Source: Candidatus Hodarchaeota archaeon
GTDB lineage: Archaea; Asgardarchaeota; Lokiarchaeia; Sigyniarchaeales; SOKP01
Assembly (NCBI GenBank): GCA_048886685.1
Contig: JBHLKM010000003.1
Location: 32,001 to 96,000, forward strand
Length of the DNA: 64,000 bases
Direction of reading: 5' to 3'
A program made the position numbers and the translations under genes. The notes beneath the pieces are model-generated. The model saw only the letters and a list, made by a program, of their open reading frames with translations. It made no database searches and had not been told where the DNA came from. Positions 58,773 through 64,000 of the stretch are shown here, piece by piece (positions within the stretch are counted from its first letter, which is position 1; each line of letters begins with the position of its first letter).

Positions 58773-59936
58773 TTATCCCCTCCGTAGAATCATTACAGTG
58801 CCCATCTGCATGATATCGCCCCAAGCTTGCCCAATTCCCATTCTTGGGTCGCCTGGGATTTGCCTTTTCCCTGCCATTCCTTTTAATTGCCAATATAGTT
58901 CACAAACCTTTTGTCCCATTGTTGCCGCTATTGGATTCCCTACTCCTAATAAACCTCCAGAAGGACATACAGGAAGGTCGCCATCTCTCTGAGTTACTCC
59001 CTCTCTTGTGAGAATAGGTGCCTCTCCTTTTTTACATAGTAAAAGGCCTTCTAAATGATGTAATTCCTTATAAGAAAATGGATCATAAGGTTCAGCAAAA
59101 TCAATTTCTTTGCGAGGATTCTTTATTCCTGCCATTTTATAAGCCATCTTAGCGGCTTGAGCTACATATTGAGGAAAATATAAATCTCTATTAGTCCACA
59201 TCGTACTATCAATACTCCATCCTGTTCCAGCAACATATATAGGATCATCAGTGAATCTATATACAATATCTTTATTACAAAAGATTAACGCGGCAGCACC
59301 ATCACTTGGTGGACTAACATCTAATCTATTAACAGGCCAAGCCATAATTTCAGAGTTTAAAACATCTTCCACTGTGATATTAGGATCTGCTAATTGAGCA
59401 CATGGATGACCCACGGCATTTCTTTTATTCTTCACTGAAACCAAAGCGATGTCTTCTTTCTTAATTCCATGAACCGTCATGTAACGATTCATTTCCATAG
59501 CAAATAACCATACTAGATTAGGTGTAAGAGGTCTATCTAAGATTGGATCCCATATATGTCTAAAGGCGGTTTGTGGATGGGGATAAACATTTCCCATTTT
59601 TTCTTCACATACCACAAGACAGATATCAGCGACCCCTGAAGCCACATGCCACCATCCAGCAATTGGTGCAAATACTCCGGTTCCACCGCCATTAAAAACT
59701 CTCACATATGGTTTCCCTACGGCTGCAGCTCCATCCAATAGATTTTCTCCTTTCATATGTATACCATCAAAAGCATCAGGAGCACTCCCCATAACTACCA
59801 TATCAATATCATCTTTCTCTATACCAGCATCTTCCATTGCCATTTTTGTAGCTAAATATGAAAGTTCTTTTCCTGTTTCTAATAAATGTCTACGAAAAAG
59901 TGTCATACCTCCACCAATAACTGCTACTTCTTTCAT
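58773..59936 (-). CDS. Thiolase-domain protein (Ltp3-like)
   Basis: GSAPDAFDG, RVFNGGGTG, EPYDPF and GNPIAA motifs. Confidence 0.88.
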   Translation of the reverse strand: MKEVAVIGGGMTLFRRHLLETGKELSYLATKMAMEDAGIEKDDIDMVVMGSAPDAFDGIHMKGENLLDGAAAVGKPYVRVFNGGGTGVFAPIAGWWHVASGVADICLVVCEEKMGNVYPHPQTAFRHIWDPILDRPLTPNLVWLFAMEMNRYMTVHGIKKEDIALVSVKNKRNAVGHPCAQLADPNITVEDVLNSEIMAWPVNRLDVSPPSDGAAALIFCNKDIVYRFTDDPIYVAGTGWSIDSTMWTNRDLYFPQYVAQAAKMAYKMAGIKNPRKEIDFAEPYDPFSYKELHHLEGLLLCKKGEAPILTREGVTQRDGDLPVCPSGGLLGVGNPIAATMGQKVCELYWQLKGMAGKRQIPGDPRMGIGQAWGDIMQMGTVMILRRG

Positions 59937-59951
59937 TTTTTTTCCACCTCC

Positions 59952-61229
59952 TTATCCCCTCCTAAAAATTGCTACTGCTCCAGTTCCAGAAGGAATTCCA
60001 CGCCATGATTGTGCAAGTCCCACTTCAACATCTGGTACTTGTCTCTTACCAGCATGCCCACGCAATTGAGTTACTATTTCTAAAGATTTTTGCATTCCAG
60101 TAGCTTCAAGACAATTACCAACTCCTAATGAACCACCCGATGTGTTGGTTGGAAGTGACCCATTGATTTCTAGTGCACCCTCTTCAATCAAATGCCCAGC
60201 TTCACCAGGTCTGGCAAAACCTAGTGCTTCTAGGTGTTGGAGCTCCTTATAAGAAAATCTATCATCAACTTCAGCAATACCAATCTCATTTTTGGGTTCT
60301 ATTATTTTAGCCATTTTATAGGCCATTTTAGCGGCGATTCTCGCATAATCAGCATCCATTCCTCTTGTTGAGAGCCATGGTGTTTCTGATCCATAGCCGA
60401 AACCTTCTAAATAGATTAGTTCGGTGCCTAAACTCTTCGCGGTCTTATCATCTGCAAGTACAAAACATATAGCACCATCAACTAATGGAGCAATATCTAA
60501 ACTTTTAACCGGCTTAAAAAGATATTCCGATTTCATTACATCTTCAACTTCTATCTTTGCTTCATAATCAGAATAAGGATTAAAAAAAGCGTTTCTTTTA
60601 TTTTTCACAACTACAGCTGCACATTGTTCTTCTGTTGTACCAGTTTTTTTAAGATAATGTTGCATTTCTAGTCCTGCTAAAAAGTAGGGATGTATTCTTT
60701 CCTTTTCATCAGATCTACCTATTAAGTGCTTAGGATTTTCAGGAGGATATTCAGGACTTCCTGCATAATTTGGTCGTTCAACAGGACCACTAATAGGTTT
60801 TTCAAATCTTGGATCAAACGCATGAAGAACAATATCTCCGTAAGTTAATAAATCAGAAGCTTTACTATGCGCTTCAACAGCAACCACATCAAGATATCCA
60901 GTTTTTATTTGCATATAGGCATTTCCGAGTCCTTGTATTCCATCTCCACTTACAGTGCAACATGGCCTTAATAATGCTCCTATTTGGTCTGGAACAAATT
61001 CATCAAAAATACTAAATCCTTCCCAAAAATCTTCTGCACAAGTTATAAAACTATCGACGTCTTTCCTCACATCAATACCCGCATCAACATAAGCTTTTTT
61101 ACAAGCTTCATACATTATATCTTTCCATTGCATATCTGGCGTCATTGAATTGAAATCTGTATGTCCAATTCCAATGACACACACTTTTCTACTCATAAAA
61201 GTACCTTTTTCATTTTTTTTGAATTTCAA
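59952..61229 (-). CDS. Thiolase-domain protein (Ltp4-like) with ~30-aa loop insertion
   Basis: EDFWEG.SI.DE..PDQ.G, EVDDRF and SGGSLG.G motifs. Probable start MSRKV. Confidence 0.88.
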   Translation of the reverse strand: MKFKKNEKGTFMSRKVCVIGIGHTDFNSMTPDMQWKDIMYEACKKAYVDAGIDVRKDVDSFITCAEDFWEGFSIFDEFVPDQIGALLRPCCTVSGDGIQGLGNAYMQIKTGYLDVVAVEAHSKASDLLTYGDIVLHAFDPRFEKPISGPVERPNYAGSPEYPPENPKHLIGRSDEKERIHPYFLAGLEMQHYLKKTGTTEEQCAAVVVKNKRNAFFNPYSDYEAKIEVEDVMKSEYLFKPVKSLDIAPLVDGAICFVLADDKTAKSLGTELIYLEGFGYGSETPWLSTRGMDADYARIAAKMAYKMAKIIEPKNEIGIAEVDDRFSYKELQHLEALGFARPGEAGHLIEEGALEINGSLPTNTSGGSLGVGNCLEATGMQKSLEIVTQLRGHAGKRQVPDVEVGLAQSWRGIPSGTGAVAIFRRG

Positions 61230-61511
61230 ATATTTCTGCTAAAAGATTTTATTTTTATAATATATTCGATAATTTATTGTTAGGTTTCATTTTGATTAAA
61301 AGATTTCTAATTAAGGCAGATGAAAACGAGTGGGAAAAATTTCCTATTCTATATAAATCAATAATCTCTAAACAATGCCCTTAAGTGTTTTCTATTACTT
61401 AAAGAGTTTAAATTAAAGATTTGATACACAAGGTAAATCTTTATTTTTAATTCATTTTTAAATAATATTGTAAAAAATTCATTAATGTTAAAAATGAATT
61501 GATGATAAGTT

Positions 61512-62846
61512 ATGGATACGAGAATAAGTGAGTTTGAGCCTATTCGAATCCAGCGATATGTTCCTGAGTTGGATTTATTGAGCAATCCAGTTCTGAATGC
61601 TAAAGAAAAGGAATTTTTGGCAGATCTATATGATTTCATGGAGAAAGAACTCGATCCTGAGTTAAGAAAACTAGAGAATCTTAATTACTATGTAGAGGAA
61701 CCGACCCAAGATAAAAAGAAAGAAATAGTAGTTAGTATAATGAAAATGTTAGCAGATAAGGGATATTACTCTACAATACTTAATGCTGAGGATTTTGAGG
61801 TTGGTAGAATTACAAGAAATGCTCTTATAGCATTTGCTATATGTGGGGGACGGTGGAGTGAATATAGTGAAAAATATATTGCCGGAAATTATAGCATTGA
61901 AATGGGAAGACTATCGGGAGGAACACTCTATTGTAACCCCGTTAATTATGCTTCTGACGAGACGCAAAAAGAACGATTTTTAGTACCAGTTGCTATTGAT
62001 GGTCAAATTGGAGCTTCAGCAATGACAGAATTTAACGCTGGTTCAGATATTTTTAGTATGGAACTAAGATTGCACGAAAGAGATAATAATTTAATTGCCA
62101 AAGGTAAGAAATTGTTTATTACAAATGGGATGATCGCTGACTATATAGTTCTTTATGGGCGATTAGATAATGGACAATTAGGTGCTGTGGTAGTTGATAC
62201 GGAACATCAGAAGCTAAAGAACTTCAGAAGCACCAGGGTTCGAACTTATGGAATGACTGATGCTTTTGTAAGTCGTTTAATCTTTGATAGAGTAGAGATC
62301 CCAAAAGAAAATATGCTTCACGGTAATGGACTTGATATTGCATTTCACCAATTGACTGAGGAGAGATTAGTCATTAGCGCTGAGGCGCTTGGAGATGCCA
62401 TGAAAAAACTTCTTTATTCACATGCTTATGCTCTTCAACGTATGCAATTTGAAAAAAGACTACACCAATATCAAGTTATTCGATTTCCCATTTCTAAAAA
62501 AATCCGAGAGCTAAACCTAATGTTTTCAGCATTAATACAATACGCACGACAGATGGATGAACATCCAGAATTGGGAGATTCTAAATTAATGGCTGCTAAT
62601 GCTATGGGGTTAAAAATCAGCGCAACTGAGTTGGGATTTGAGAGTGCTATCCATTGCTTCAGAACTCTGGGAGGACGTGGATTCACACGTCAATATGCAA
62701 ATGAAATAGGATTGTTAGATCCATATTGTATGCTCCACGGGGGAGGCAGTAATTATGTTTTAGAGGATAGTGAATCACGAAGATTCTTTAAACATAAACC
62801 TACAAGACGAGAAGTTGAGGATATTATTCCAAAAATAGACTATTAA
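61512..62846 (+). CDS. Acyl-CoA dehydrogenase
   Basis: AMTE..AGSD, G.K.FITNG, R.QF...L..YQ and GGRGF motifs. Confidence 0.9.
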   Translation: MDTRISEFEPIRIQRYVPELDLLSNPVLNAKEKEFLADLYDFMEKELDPELRKLENLNYYVEEPTQDKKKEIVVSIMKMLADKGYYSTILNAEDFEVGRITRNALIAFAICGGRWSEYSEKYIAGNYSIEMGRLSGGTLYCNPVNYASDETQKERFLVPVAIDGQIGASAMTEFNAGSDIFSMELRLHERDNNLIAKGKKLFITNGMIADYIVLYGRLDNGQLGAVVVDTEHQKLKNFRSTRVRTYGMTDAFVSRLIFDRVEIPKENMLHGNGLDIAFHQLTEERLVISAEALGDAMKKLLYSHAYALQRMQFEKRLHQYQVIRFPISKKIRELNLMFSALIQYARQMDEHPELGDSKLMAANAMGLKISATELGFESAIHCFRTLGGRGFTRQYANEIGLLDPYCMLHGGGSNYVLEDSESRRFFKHKPTRREVEDIIPKIDY

Positions 62847-62975
62847 TAATATTCTCTTGAAGGTTAAATAGATTTTCTTGAAAGCTTAAACACCAATATT
62901 CCAAAGTTATTTTAGTTTTATTATAAATCTTAAGAGAATAAATTATTAAATATCTTGACCTAATTATTTTAGATA

Positions 62976-63950
62976 ATGGTTTCTTACGATACCCAAAGCT
63001 TTGATATCACCCATTTAGTAAAACAATATCGAGGAAAGAAATTAGAAGAATTATATCAAGAAAATCATCATATAATTAGGAATAAAATGGGTGAATTCAT
63101 GGAATTAATTTGGAAGGAAAATGACTTTCCATGTGATTTAAAGCTTCATCTAACTAGAAAAAAGTTATTGTATAATCTAAAAACGGTCCATTACATTGGA
63201 GAATTTATAGAAAACAGATTAAAGAGTAGAGGCATAAAAACCCTAAAGGACTTGAGATTTTTAAATTTAAGATATAGACGGTCTGCTAATTTTATTTTAG
63301 AATTAATAGAGAAAAAAGACTATAAAAATCTTAAGGAAAATAAATATATTGATGATTTAGATGTAATTTTTTGCTTTAAAATTGAGGATCTACTTTTTCT
63401 TGATATTGAAACCTTAGGATTGTTTGATAATGCTATAATTATTGTAGGAATTGGATTTTTTAGAGATAAGAAATATGAGATCCATTTATTTTTTGCTCGT
63501 AGCTTAGAAGAGGAAATTGCCATTTGTGAACACTTAAAAACGGAAATACTTCCTAAATTTAAATGTTTTATTACTTATAATGGAAAACGGTTCGATATTC
63601 CTTACATCGCTAATCGTTTCCTGTATTATTTTGATGAAAATCCCATGATTTCTGATAAGGAAATTACCTATGAAACTAGTAATACTAATTTTCATCATAT
63701 AGATCTTTATCATGTCTGTCGTCGAAGATTTAGGGGATTGTTCAAAAGATACACCCTCACAAATATTGAAGAGCAATTATTAGAAATGAAAAGACAAAAT
63801 GAGCTCCCAAGTAATATGGTTCCTATGTTTTATAAAAAATATCGATCAAATCCTAAAAGATATATTGGATTAATCAAAGAATGCATTGAACATAATTACT
63901 ATGATGTTTATTCTATGCCTCTTATCCTAAATAAGTTACTAAAAGCTTAA
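62976..63950 (+). CDS. YprB-like RNase H-fold exonuclease with HhH-like N-terminal region
   Basis: FLDIET.GL, TYNG..FD.P, H.DL and HN..DV motifs. Confidence 0.85.
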   Translation: MVSYDTQSFDITHLVKQYRGKKLEELYQENHHIIRNKMGEFMELIWKENDFPCDLKLHLTRKKLLYNLKTVHYIGEFIENRLKSRGIKTLKDLRFLNLRYRRSANFILELIEKKDYKNLKENKYIDDLDVIFCFKIEDLLFLDIETLGLFDNAIIIVGIGFFRDKKYEIHLFFARSLEEEIAICEHLKTEILPKFKCFITYNGKRFDIPYIANRFLYYFDENPMISDKEITYETSNTNFHHIDLYHVCRRRFRGLFKRYTLTNIEEQLLEMKRQNELPSNMVPMFYKKYRSNPKRYIGLIKECIEHNYYDVYSMPLILNKLLKA

Positions 63951-64000
63951 ATAAAAGGTATATTAATTTTAAGAAAAGTAGAGGATTATTTCTTATTTTT

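Noticed and set aside
3357-63776. Many 60-140 aa ORFs antisense to or overlapping longer genes (e.g. 32416-32835, 41398-41760, 57820-58155, 61358-61639)
   Set aside because: Shadow ORFs of well-supported genes with no recognisable motifs.
1-64000. CRISPR arrays, IS elements, proviral genes, rRNA, selenoprotein UGA/SECIS
   Set aside because: No regularly spaced repeats, transposase/integrase motifs or rRNA-like GC-rich tracts. No in-frame TGA at a Cys-equivalent position was seen.

Overview
AT-rich (roughly 30% GC) archaeal chromosomal segment, most likely Lokiarchaeia (Asgard). The assignment is inferred from gene content: B1-type PolB, Alba, cdhB/cdhC, Tes, longin-like proteins and many thiolase/DUF35 modules. 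Content is mostly housekeeping and lipid/acyl-CoA catabolism. No CRISPR array, rRNA or transposase was seen. The standout feature is a thiolase-family gene (44046-45352) that the ORF track splits in two. It is interrupted by two short hairpin insertions, 34 nt (44487-44520) and 31 nt (44537-44567), around a 16-nt micro-exon. Each insertion folds into a relaxed bulge-helix-bulge (BHB) motif. Cutting at the canonical tRNA-splicing-endonuclease positions restores one 413-aa frame (...ADMTY|EYPMG|MMAASSY...). The tRNA-Thr(UGU) in the same window has a 30-nt non-canonical D-loop intron with the same relaxed geometry. Together these point to BHB-type mRNA introns in an Asgard protein-coding gene. 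Other notable items: tandem longin-like duplicates, four tandem amidases between cdhB and cooT, three Cys-less thiolase/DUF35 modules, an orphan M-S fusion DNA methyltransferase, a HeH-SWIM-OB protein and possible ATT start codons.
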